64,000 nt of DNA from Candidatus Tharpella sp. (GTDB taxonomy: Bacteria; Desulfobacterota; Anaeroferrophillalia; Anaeroferrophillales; Tharpellaceae): positions 11,142 through 75,141 of the forward strand of contig JAGHAQ010000006.1 of assembly GCA_021161425.1 (NCBI GenBank), read 5' to 3'. Below are positions 31,016-39,551 of this stretch, piece after piece (positions within the stretch are counted from its first letter, which is position 1; every line of letters begins with the position of its first letter). The notes beneath the pieces are model-generated. The model ran no database searches, was not told the origin of the DNA, and worked only from the letters and a program-made list of their open reading frames with translations. Made by a program: the position numbers and the translations under genes.

Positions 31016-31675
31016 TCAGTTACCAAAGAGACGTAGGTTAATAAACCTAGACCACCAGGTGTCGGACTTTTCCCCGCCTACCGGAGTTTCGACTGGCGTT
31101 GTCGCATAAGCAGGCGCATGTGCTGATACAGCCGGAGCAGCTTTATGCTGGGGAATCGGCGGATGCATAATAACTACTTGTTCGGGACAACTCTGATAAC
31201 AGGGCTGCGGACAGGGGCGACTAGCCTGAAAAACTTTTGGCGTAGTACCGGCAATCTCCTGCTTGAGTTTTTTCTCTTCGCCACCAAGGTCATCGACAAG
31301 CCCCTGAACCGTAGTCACCAGCTCCTGGTTGTCGGCCATCAGACCCTGCAGATCAAGGAGAGCCTTAACTGAATTCCTGACCTTAGCCAAACGCCCCTTG
31401 AGACCTAAGACAACCAGCTCATCTTCCAAAGCCAGAACCCGATTACCAAGCTCCTTATCTCCCTCTTGCAGGGATACCACTTTACGGTCAAGATCTACAA
31501 TCTGCTTGTGCAGCTTCTGATTGTTGAGAAAAACCGTGATCACGGCCAACGCCAACAAACATACAATAATTATTATAATAAAGGAAAAAACGCCACCACT
31601 CCGCTTTTTTTCAATTTTCTTTTCCGGAATGGTGTCACTACCCTCTACTTTTTTTTCGATTTTTTCTTCACTCAC
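31016..31675 (-). CDS. Hypothetical membrane-anchored coiled-coil protein with Cys/Pro-rich C-terminus
   Basis: The Lys/Glu-rich N-terminus is followed by a single TM segment (FSFIIIIIVCLLALAVITVFL) and coiled-coil heptads. The C-terminus PCPQPCYQSCPEQ…HPPIPQH is Cys/Pro-rich. No recognisable family. Confidence 0.55.
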   Translation of the reverse strand: MSEEKIEKKVEGSDTIPEKKIEKKRSGGVFSFIIIIIVCLLALAVITVFLNNQKLHKQIVDLDRKVVSLQEGDKELGNRVLALEDELVVLGLKGRLAKVRNSVKALLDLQGLMADNQELVTTVQGLVDDLGGEEKKLKQEIAGTTPKVFQASRPCPQPCYQSCPEQVVIMHPPIPQHKAAPAVSAHAPAYATTPVETPVGGEKSDTWWSRFINLRLFGN

Positions 31676-31711
31676 AAACGCTCTCCTGAAAATCTATTGC
31701 TAAAATTATAT

Positions 31712-31782
31712 GCGTTTATTTGTGTTCATCTGTGGTAAAAAAAGAAAACCAAAGAGAACCACAAATACACACAAATAAACAC
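31712..31782. repeat. Imperfect inverted repeat, 24-nt arms (20/24 complementary), 23-nt A-rich spacer, in AT-rich intergenic region
   Basis: gcgtttatttgtgttcatctgtgg … ccacaaatacacacaaataaacac. It lies between the start of the coiled-coil gene and the stop of manB. Confidence 0.5.
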
Positions 31783-31879
31783 TGATTTCAATGTTCTGCC
31801 TGACTCCATAATGGGTCAATAATTTTTTGCCAATGGTGTTACTTATAACCTTTCTCGGGGTGTCGGTCAAGCTGGAGAT

Positions 31880-33265
31880 TTATTTTTCCAGACCCTTCAA
31901 CAGAGCAAGGATCTCTTGCGTTTTGCTCTCCATCAACTTCTGATCGCCCCGACTCTCGACGTTGAGACGTAACAGCGGCTCTGTGTTTGATGAACGTAAA
32001 TTAAAACGCCAGTCGGCAAATTCAAGGCTCAAACCATCGATCTGCTGACACTCTTTGACCTCTTCCCGCCCCCTGAAATATTTTTCAACCATAGCAATCG
32101 CAGCTTGCGGATCATCCAGGCGGCGGTTAATCTCTCCACTGACAGGAAAGCGTTTTATTCTCTCGTCAACCAGTGCGGATAGGGGACGACCACTTTTTGA
32201 AATCAGCTCCAAGACTAAAAGCCAGGGAATCATCCCGGAATCACAATAGGAAAAATCACGAAAGTAGTGATGGGCGCTCATCTCACCACCGTAAAGAGCA
32301 TTGAGCTCACGCATCTTATCTTTGATGAAGGCGTGACCAGTTTTCGAAACATGGGCCTGGCCCCGATTTTCAGAAACCAACTCAATCGTATTCCAAGTGA
32401 GTCGCGGATCATGGACAATCGACGATCCGGGATGATGAGACAGCAGGTTTTCAGCCAGCAGCCCGACAATGTAATAACCCTCAATAAAACGACCATTCTC
32501 ATCAAAGAAGAAACAACGGTCGAAATCTCCGTCCCAGGCGAGACCGACAGCGGCCTGATGTTCGACTACGGCCCGGCTCGTTAAAGAGCGATTTTCAGGT
32601 AGTAAGGGGTTGGGAATCCCCTGAGGAAAGCTACCATCGGGCTCATTAAGCAGTTTGATCATAGTAAAAGGGAGCCGGGCTTCAAGCTCATCAAGTACGA
32701 TCCCGGCGCAACCGTTGCCGGCATTAACCACGACCTTCAAAGGCTTAAGCCCAGCCGGGTCGATATAGCCCAGAAGATGTTCAATGTAGGCGGGACGAAA
32801 ATCGAGAGGAGTAATCTTACCACAGCTTGAAGAATCAGGGAATTGACCCGATTTCACCAGCCCTTCTATCTGGGGAAGACCATAATCACCACTCAAAGGG
32901 CGCGACTCATGACGCACCAGTTTCATGCCATTATAGTCGCCTGGATTATGGCTGGCGGTAACCATAATACCACCGTCAAGCTGGTAGTTAAAAGTCGCAA
33001 AATAGACCTCTTCGGTACCACAGAGACCAAGGTCAAGGACCTCGACGCCGCCTTCATTGAGGCCGCGGGCAAGGGCTGCGGCCAGAGCCCGGCTCGAGGG
33101 ACGCACATCCCGGCCGACAGCAACCTTTTCAGGTTCCAAAAAGGCGGCAAAAGCCCGACCCACACGATAAGCCAACTCTTCATTGAGTTCATCGGGCACC
33201 CGGCCGCGAATATCATAGGCCTTGAAACAAGAAGTTGAAATAGTTTTTTCAGTCATCACAAGCAA
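31880..33265 (-). CDS. Phosphomannomutase/phosphoglucomutase (alpha-D-phosphohexomutase family)
   Basis: KAYDIRG and GIMVTASHNP are active-site Ser motifs. Four-domain PMM/PGM architecture. The start may be Met4. Confidence 0.9.
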   Translation of the reverse strand: MLVMTEKTISTSCFKAYDIRGRVPDELNEELAYRVGRAFAAFLEPEKVAVGRDVRPSSRALAAALARGLNEGGVEVLDLGLCGTEEVYFATFNYQLDGGIMVTASHNPGDYNGMKLVRHESRPLSGDYGLPQIEGLVKSGQFPDSSSCGKITPLDFRPAYIEHLLGYIDPAGLKPLKVVVNAGNGCAGIVLDELEARLPFTMIKLLNEPDGSFPQGIPNPLLPENRSLTSRAVVEHQAAVGLAWDGDFDRCFFFDENGRFIEGYYIVGLLAENLLSHHPGSSIVHDPRLTWNTIELVSENRGQAHVSKTGHAFIKDKMRELNALYGGEMSAHHYFRDFSYCDSGMIPWLLVLELISKSGRPLSALVDERIKRFPVSGEINRRLDDPQAAIAMVEKYFRGREEVKECQQIDGLSLEFADWRFNLRSSNTEPLLRLNVESRGDQKLMESKTQEILALLKGLEK

Positions 33266-33640
33266 GTCCTCCCTCTAGATAGCTTGACCTCAAGAATACG
33301 CGCTTTAAAATATATACCGGCTTTTTCTACTCTGAAAACATAGTCCGTCTCAGCTTAAGGTTCCAGAGCTACACGAAGCCTCCTTATAGGCTCGTTGGCT
33401 TTCAAGTAGCATCTTACAATAGACAAAATCAAGGACAAGCAATAAAAAATATTTCTGAATTTTTTTGGAATTTTGCCGAAAAGAGAGTAAGTGCGGGGTA
33501 TCTTCAAATGCAACATGAAAACCGGTTGCTGGATTTAACATCGGTTTCATGTTATACGCGTAAGAAAAGCAGTGATTTTCGAGCCCTTTAACAGTTTGCA
33601 TTCGGAGCCCTTCTAACTGTGGAAAAGTAGATAAATAACC

Positions 33641-33668
33641 ACAAAAAAAGGCGCCCTGAAAAGGACGC
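33641..33668 (-). terminator. Putative terminator just 3' of tRNA-Phe
   Basis: On the minus strand the hairpin GGCGTCCttttcaGGGCGCC is followed by TTTTTTTG. Confidence 0.4.
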
Positions 33669-33686
33669 CTTAGCGCTTGATAGTGC

Positions 33687-33762
33687 TGGTGCCGAGGGAC
33701 GGAATCGAACCGCCGACACGGGGATTTTCAGTCCCCTGCTCTACCGACTGAGCTACCTCGGC
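33687..33762 (-). tRNA. tRNA-Phe (anticodon GAA)
   Basis: The reverse complement is GCCGAGGTAGCTCAGTCGGTAGAGCAGGGGACTGAAAATCCCCGTGTCGGCGGTTCGATTCCGTCCCTCGGCACCA. It shows a canonical cloverleaf, a 7-bp acceptor stem and an encoded CCA, and is near-identical in its core to E. coli tRNA-Phe. Confidence 0.93.
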
Positions 33763-33838
33763 TAACCAAGCGAGGGCCTAGATAGCTTAAAGAGCGGGGC
33801 TTTGTCAAGAGGATTTTTTCAATAAAAAGAGATATATT

Positions 33839-34195
33839 ATGGTCAACGGTCTTGATGCATCCTTGAACGCCATACAAAGCCACTTTACACGGCTTCAAGC
33901 CAGTGCCAACAATATTGCCAATCTCAATACCGACGGCTACAAAGGACAACGGGTAACCATCAACGAAGGGCCGACCGGAACAACAACGACAACCAGTAGC
34001 ACCGACAAGAACCCCGGCCCCTCACGTATGGAATTAAATCAGGAAGGAGATCTTGTCGAGGTGGAGATGTCCAACGTCGATTTGGCCACCGGATATGTCA
34101 AGACTATGGAATCAACTCAGGCCATCAAGGCCAACCTTAAAGCTATCCAAACCGCCGATGAACTCTTAGGCGAAATCATCGACACCCTAGCCTAA
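33839..34195 (+). CDS. Flagellar basal-body rod protein-like small protein (FlgB/FlgC-like N- and C-terminal motifs), orphan
   Basis: The N-terminus (ANNIANLNTDGYKGQRV) resembles the rod-protein N-motif ANNIAN.NT.GYK. The C-terminus (SNVDLATGYVKTMESTQAIKANLKAIQTADELLGEIIDTL) resembles the flg_bbr_C domain. No other flagellar genes are in the window. Confidence 0.55.
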   Translation: MVNGLDASLNAIQSHFTRLQASANNIANLNTDGYKGQRVTINEGPTGTTTTTSSTDKNPGPSRMELNQEGDLVEVEMSNVDLATGYVKTMESTQAIKANLKAIQTADELLGEIIDTLA

Positions 34196-34244
34196 ATAGG
34201 GGGCAGTAAAAAACCACTTTCAGTCTATTCATTATATTCCGCTC

Positions 34245-34988
34245 TCACTTAAAATAGTTGAGCAGGGCATGCAGAGTGGTTAAGGGATGGGGCGGACAAC
34301 CCGGGATATAGAGATCCACCGGGATCAGGCTGTTCAAATCCCCGACAATCTCATCGCTGCCATAGAATGGGCCGCCAGATATGGCACAGGCTCCGCTGGC
34401 GATAACTACTTTAGGGCTCGGTACAGCCTCATAGGTCGACAGGGTTGCCTGGCGCATATTTTTCGAGATCGGCCCGGTAACATGAATACCGTCGGCATGA
34501 CGAGGCGAGGCAACAAATTGAATACCGAAACGAGACAAATCAAAAAACGGGGTGTTCAAAACATTAATATCAGCTTCGCACGCGTTACAGCCGCCCGCTG
34601 AGATCTGCCGCAGTTGGAGCGAGCGACCAAAAAGTTTCTTGAAATGTTTTTTGGAGTGCTCGGCCAAAGCTGGCAAATCACCACAGGTAAAAAGGTCATC
34701 ACGACTAGCCGTACCCATCTCGAAATTCTGAGTAAAACAGACAAATTTCCCCTCAGACAAGGTTTCGCAAAGACCACAAAACACGCAGCGACCAAGGTCA
34801 ATCTGTTTGGTCACGGCATCAATGGCCTCTTGCGGACAGGCATCTGCACACCTTTGAACCAGAGCCCCATCGCAATCATTGTCAACCTTCGGCAACCCCC
34901 GAAACCGTTTGTAGAGATTAATCGGTTCTTTGGGGTATTTGGATGTCCGGTAACCCTGCTCTAATCTATTCTTGATTACTTTTAACAT
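34245..34988 (-). CDS. Group-4 hydrogenase-type small subunit (NuoB/HycG/EchC-like) fused to an N-terminal ferredoxin-like Cys-rich domain
   Basis: The C-terminus carries NuoB-type motifs (GGCNACEADI, GACAISGGPF, IPGCPPHP). The N-terminus carries two Cys clusters (C-x7-C-x3-CP; CVFCGLCE…C), like HycF/HyfH. Confidence 0.8.
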   Translation of the reverse strand: MLKVIKNRLEQGYRTSKYPKEPINLYKRFRGLPKVDNDCDGALVQRCADACPQEAIDAVTKQIDLGRCVFCGLCETLSEGKFVCFTQNFEMGTASRDDLFTCGDLPALAEHSKKHFKKLFGRSLQLRQISAGGCNACEADINVLNTPFFDLSRFGIQFVASPRHADGIHVTGPISKNMRQATLSTYEAVPSPKVVIASGACAISGGPFYGSDEIVGDLNSLIPVDLYIPGCPPHPLTTLHALLNYFK

Positions 34989-35006
34989 ATGCCAATTGAA
35001 CCTTAT

Positions 35007-36512
35007 TTATAAATCGAAACCACAATAAGAGAGGTTAAAGCTCTTATTACATATGGGAAAATCAGAGATCCCCTCATCCCGCAGGGCCAGGGCCAACCCG
35101 ATCCAGTTATGGAAGGATGGATCCTTAACCTTATAACGCAGGATCTTGCCGTCAGTATCAGTGAGGATGCAATGGGAGACCTCACCGCGCCAGCCTTCGT
35201 TGATTGAAACGACAAATGAGGTAGGGGCCAACTTAGGGATCTCAGGGATATAACTTTTAGCTTCTTCCGTCTTTCCCAGGAGAGTATTAATCAGGGTTGT
35301 GGAGTGTATAATCTCCTCCCGACGAACCATAGCCCGGGAACAAACATCACCATCGGTCTTATGGTTGGTATTGGCCGGCAACCCGGCGTAGACTTCAGTC
35401 GGAAATGCAACTCTGGCATCATAGGCAAGTCCACAGGCGCGTCCGGCATAGCCGACCAACCCGAGCTTCTCCGCATCTGCATAATTCACCGTGCCTGTAT
35501 TCTCAAAACGAGCCAGAACACTGGGGGCTGAAAAAATAAGATCATTAACATGCTCGACTTGAGGTGTCAGTTCCGTCAGTTTATCAATAAGAAGTCCCTT
35601 TTGCTCATCACCCATGATCTTAGTCACGCCACCGGGACGCACCAAGCCCCGGCCAAAACGATTTCCACTTAAAATCTGACTGAGGTTGAGATAATCACCG
35701 CGAATTCGACCGAAATAGGCTGCCGGAGGATTAAAGGCCGCATCCAGACTCAAAGCCCCAAGATCACCGACATGATTGGCGATACGCTCTAGCTCCAAAG
35801 CTATAGAACGGACGATGCCAGCGCCTTCATCGATTTTAAGACAGGCTAAAGATTCAATAGCCTGGGCTTGGCAGAGACTATGACCAATAGTGGTATCACC
35901 GGCAATCGTCTCTGCAATAATGGGCAGACGTTTAAAAGGCACACTCTGCAGAAGTTTTTCGACCCCGCGATGCTGATAGCCGAGTTGAATCTCAAGATGA
36001 AAGACCCGTTCACCGCAACATTGAAAACGAAAATGTCCGGGCTCGATAATACCGGCATGGACCGGGCCGACGGCAACCTCATGCACAGTTTCGCCGTCCA
36101 CTGTGAAATAGGGATAGTTTCCTGGGATATCCTGACTATAATCATTGCCGAAGAGATCCTTCTTGCCGGTATAATTGGCGTGGTAACGAACCATCTTTAA
36201 CCAAGGATGACCTTTCGGCTCAAGACCATATTGTTCGCCGATTTCGCGTTCGAACATGTGGAACTTTTCAGATTCAACCGTCAGTGAAGCAAAGGTGTCC
36301 GGGGCGTCACAACCGGCAACATAGAGTTTGTCATTGCGCAAAACTGCCAAGAGCTTCAAGAGACCGCTATCCTGGTAAGCAAAGAGCTGAACCACCTGCC
36401 CGCCGGCAACGGCAAAATCGAGTAATTCCTGACGAAAATCAGCAAACTCCAAGTGCGGGATGGCAGCCCGCTGCACCCGTTCATTATTCTTTATCTCAAG
36501 TAACTCAGCCAT
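35007..36512 (-). CDS. NuoC-NuoD-like fused large subunit of a group-4 [NiFe]-hydrogenase-related complex (HycE/HyfG/EhrL-like), apparently lacking the Ni-binding L1 CxxC motif
   Basis: GPVHAGIIEPGHFRF…HRGVEKLL is the HycE/NuoD core. Where hydrogenases carry R-x-C-G-x-C after it, this protein has ETIAGDTTIGH. The C-terminus is DFPICNKSFNLSYCGFDL, not DPCxxC. The start ATG overlaps the upstream gene's stop (ATGGCTGA) and has GGAGG 9 nt upstream. Confidence 0.85.
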   Translation of the reverse strand: MAELLEIKNNERVQRAAIPHLEFADFRQELLDFAVAGGQVVQLFAYQDSGLLKLLAVLRNDKLYVAGCDAPDTFASLTVESEKFHMFEREIGEQYGLEPKGHPWLKMVRYHANYTGKKDLFGNDYSQDIPGNYPYFTVDGETVHEVAVGPVHAGIIEPGHFRFQCCGERVFHLEIQLGYQHRGVEKLLQSVPFKRLPIIAETIAGDTTIGHSLCQAQAIESLACLKIDEGAGIVRSIALELERIANHVGDLGALSLDAAFNPPAAYFGRIRGDYLNLSQILSGNRFGRGLVRPGGVTKIMGDEQKGLLIDKLTELTPQVEHVNDLIFSAPSVLARFENTGTVNYADAEKLGLVGYAGRACGLAYDARVAFPTEVYAGLPANTNHKTDGDVCSRAMVRREEIIHSTTLINTLLGKTEEAKSYIPEIPKLAPTSFVVSINEGWRGEVSHCILTDTDGKILRYKVKDPSFHNWIGLALALRDEGISDFPICNKSFNLSYCGFDL

Positions 36513-37935
36513 GAACCCCGCCTCCGATAGTAGCAATTGCCGAAAGTATGGTTTGGTAAAGGCTCTCCGGCAACCAGATACAGAGGGTGATTGAAGCCAG
36601 CAGGAGAGCGTATGACGGTAAGGTCCGGGCCAGGTTTTCAGAAATCAAAGGCTTAGACATATCATTCGGGGCAAAACTCATCTTCATAACCAGCCGGGAA
36701 ACCCCGACAAAGATGAGGATAAGAGCAATAATAAAGATACTGACACTAATATTGCGACCCTGTTTAAAGGCGCCGATGATAATCAACAATTCACTGACAA
36801 AGATCCCAAAGGGAGGAAAACCGGAGATCCCGACAAAACCGGCAAAAAAAGCGGTGCAGGTCCGGGGCAGAAGATTAACCATGTTACCCGTCTTATTGAT
36901 GAGCTTGGTGCCGTAGCCCAGTAGAATATTTCCGGATGAGAGAAAAAGCGAGGACTTTATCAAAGAGTGATGAATAAGATGCAGCATAGCTCCGTAGGTA
37001 GCCATGCCCCCAATACCGACACCAAAGGCAATAATCCCCATGTTCTCAATACTGGAATAGGCCAACATCCGCTTATAGCCGGTCTGATTGAAGATAAATA
37101 TCGCCGCAATAAGCATTGAGAGGAGGCCGAAACCGATGAGGATACTGCTTGAAAAATCACCGATACCGGCTTGGTAAAGGAGTTGATGCCCGCGATATAC
37201 CCCCAGGAAGGCACAGTTGAGCAAGGCCCCGGAAAGCAGAGCCGAAGCCGGGCTCGGGGCTTCACTATGAGCATCGGGAAGCCAGGTATGCATCGGGGCC
37301 AGGCCCATTTTGGTGCCATAACCGATAACCAGAAAGATAAAGCCGGCTTTGAGCCATACGGGATCAAGCCGGGTTGCCACCAAGCCCAAAGAGCTGAAGG
37401 TGATGGGAACATGAAGGTTAGCGATATTCATAGAGAGCACCACAAAAAAACAGCCCAACAGGGCCAGAGCGATACCCACCGAACAGATCATAACGTATTT
37501 CCAGGTTGCCTCTAAAGCCGACTTTGAACGATGCAGAAAGATAAGTGGTGCACTCATTAGGGTTGTGGCCTCAACAGCGATCCACAAAACCACGATATGA
37601 TCAGCTAAGGTGACCATTGACATGGATGCTAAAAACAACAGAGTGCAGCCGATATAGAGCGGTTCGCTGGAGAGCTTAGTTACACTCATATAGGATACTG
37701 CGTAAATAGAGATAAGGAAAAATATAAACGACGTGACCAACAAAACCAACAGACCCTCGGGGGTCACGGAAAAATAACCGGGAAGAGCCGGGGCAAGCTT
37801 ACCAAGCCAACCTGAAAGAGAGAGTATGAGGTGCAATAAAGCCGTCACCATCAGAATACCACGTCCCACTTTAACCGGCAGAAACATGGCAACAATTCCG
37901 GCAAGCAGGGGTAAAAGTATTATAAATTCCAACAT
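36505..37935 (-). CDS. NuoM/NuoN-like antiporter-type membrane subunit (HyfF/HyfD-like)
   Basis: The 476-aa polytopic protein has the Mrp/NuoLMN antiporter fold (…GLAPMHTWLPDAHSEAPSP…). Confidence 0.85.
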   Translation of the reverse strand: MLEFIILLPLLAGIVAMFLPVKVGRGILMVTALLHLILSLSGWLGKLAPALPGYFSVTPEGLLVLLVTSFIFFLISIYAVSYMSVTKLSSEPLYIGCTLLFLASMSMVTLADHIVVLWIAVEATTLMSAPLIFLHRSKSALEATWKYVMICSVGIALALLGCFFVVLSMNIANLHVPITFSSLGLVATRLDPVWLKAGFIFLVIGYGTKMGLAPMHTWLPDAHSEAPSPASALLSGALLNCAFLGVYRGHQLLYQAGIGDFSSSILIGFGLLSMLIAAIFIFNQTGYKRMLAYSSIENMGIIAFGVGIGGMATYGAMLHLIHHSLIKSSLFLSSGNILLGYGTKLINKTGNMVNLLPRTCTAFFAGFVGISGFPPFGIFVSELLIIIGAFKQGRNISVSIFIIALILIFVGVSRLVMKMSFAPNDMSKPLISENLARTLPSYALLLASITLCIWLPESLYQTILSAIATIGGGVHG

Positions 37936-37958
37936 TTTTAACCTTCAGCAGTAAAGCT

Positions 37959-38612
37959 TTAATCCTTCAACTGGCCCAGCAGGGCAGTATCGACATCATC
38001 ATATGAGCTATTAATATTATGGAGAATAATCCCCATGATCATGACCCCAACCAGCAAGTCGAGCAAAACCCCGAACTCTACCACAAACTGAGTATGGGCC
38101 CCATGGGCTAAAGCGGTACCGACCAGGTAGATACCATTTTCCATCATCAGGTAACCGATAACCTGGGTAATGGCTTTGCGGCGGCTCATAATCAGAAAAA
38201 GCCCTGCCGCCAGGGTGGTCGTTGCCGTAATCATTAAAAGAACCTTATCGCGAGGTAAGGAAAGATGCAATTTTTCCGCAATAAAAACCGAGACCAGAAT
38301 AAAAATCAAGCCCATAAAAAGCGAGGCATGATAACCGATAATCGGCTCAATCTCCCGTTGGATCTTGACCTTTTTTACGGCTATATACATAAAACCGGGG
38401 ATCAAAACCCCTTTTATCAAAAGCATAACCAGCAAAAAAATCAGGGCACCAACATTTATTTCATGATGATAATCACGAAAAAAGGGAATCAACGAAACCA
38501 CAACCCCTTGGCAAGCCATAATTTTAACCAAAGACATCAACCGATTTGAACCAAGCCCAAAAAGCACCGATAGTACCGTTAAAGCAAGCAAAGCATCATT
38601 TAAATTTATCAT
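37959..38612 (-). CDS. HyfE-like small membrane subunit of hydrogenase-4-type complex
   Basis: The 217-aa polytopic protein matches HyfE (hydrogenase-4 component E, a duplicated NuoK-like subunit) in size and position. Confidence 0.7.
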   Translation of the reverse strand: MINLNDALLALTVLSVLFGLGSNRLMSLVKIMACQGVVVSLIPFFRDYHHEINVGALIFLLVMLLIKGVLIPGFMYIAVKKVKIQREIEPIIGYHASLFMGLIFILVSVFIAEKLHLSLPRDKVLLMITATTTLAAGLFLIMSRRKAITQVIGYLMMENGIYLVGTALAHGAHTQFVVEFGVLLDLLVGVMIMGIILHNINSSYDDVDTALLGQLKD

Positions 38613-39532
38613 TAGAGCCCCCCTATCGTCAGGATAATACCAAATAGAACTAAAATTGAAGCTTTAAGAATAAACTTCGGCACCACCTCCAACTTATAGC
38701 GAGCCATACAGGACTCAACAACACCGATAGTAATGTAGACAAAAACCACAACTACGTAGAACAAAAATCCATTTAAAAAAATATTATCAACCTGAAAGGG
38801 ATTAACAATACAACTGAGAAAAGCAGCATAAAAAAGCAGCTTAAACCAAGCCCCAATTTCGATTAATGCCAGATCCGGCCCACTATGATCGAGAATCATA
38901 ACCTCATGAATCATGGTAAGCTCCAAATGGGTCGCGGGATCATCGACCGGCACCCGAGAGTTCTCGGTTAACATGACAATATAAAGCCCCACTACGGCTA
39001 ACAGCAACAAAGCTCCATGAGTGTCCATGAGGTTGAGGAAATGGGTATCAACAAAAAACTCGGCAAAGCTCAAACTACCAGTCAAACGAAAGAAAAGAAT
39101 GAGTATGCAAAAAATTGTGGCCTCAGCCAGAACCGAGAAGAAAGCCTCTCGCGCCGCCCCCATCCCCTCAAAAGGTGAAGCCGTATCCAAGGCTGCAAGG
39201 ATCGTAAAAAAACGGCCCAAACCCATAATGTAAAAGAGCATAATAACATCACCGTGAAACGAACAGAGGGGAGCTCTGCCAGCCCACGGGAAAAACAGCA
39301 GAAGCAAGAAACTGGCAGCCAAGCTCACCACCGGCCCCAACTTAAAAACAAAACTGGTGCTGGTTGAATAAACCGAACCCTTGCGTAACAATTTCACTAC
39401 CGTATAATAATTAATCAACCAAGGCGGGCCTTGTTTCCCGGCAATCCCGGCCTTAACTTTTTGGATCACCACTGGGAAAAGGGGAGCCAGCAAAACGGCA
39501 AAACAAAATGATAAAATAGCTTCCATATTCAA
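38612..39532 (-). CDS. NuoH-like membrane subunit (HycD/HyfC/EchB-like)
   Basis: The 306-aa protein has 8 predicted TM segments. It carries the conserved NuoH-type central region (…FFSVLAEATIFCIL…). Confidence 0.85.
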   Translation of the reverse strand: MNMEAILSFCFAVLLAPLFPVVIQKVKAGIAGKQGPPWLINYYTVVKLLRKGSVYSTSTSFVFKLGPVVSLAASFLLLLFFPWAGRAPLCSFHGDVIMLFYIMGLGRFFTILAALDTASPFEGMGAAREAFFSVLAEATIFCILILFFRLTGSLSFAEFFVDTHFLNLMDTHGALLLLAVVGLYIVMLTENSRVPVDDPATHLELTMIHEVMILDHSGPDLALIEIGAWFKLLFYAAFLSCIVNPFQVDNIFLNGFLFYVVVVFVYITIGVVESCMARYKLEVVPKFILKASILVLFGIILTIGGL

Positions 39533-39551
39533 ATCCTAACATTAGCTCGCT

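Noticed and set aside
33687-33762. tRNA-Phe as attachment site of an integrated element
   Set aside because: tRNA-Phe is a classic integration hotspot, but no integrase, phage or conjugative genes flank it. The only hint is an 11-nt direct repeat, kept as a low-interest finding rather than a mobile-element call.
35007-36512. Calling the large subunit a true [NiFe] hydrogenase (HycE/HyfG)
   Set aside because: The expected L1 R-x-C-G-x-C motif position reads ETIAGDTTIGH and the C-terminal DPCxxC is absent. It is therefore annotated as hydrogenase-related (Ehr/Mbx-like), pending alignment.
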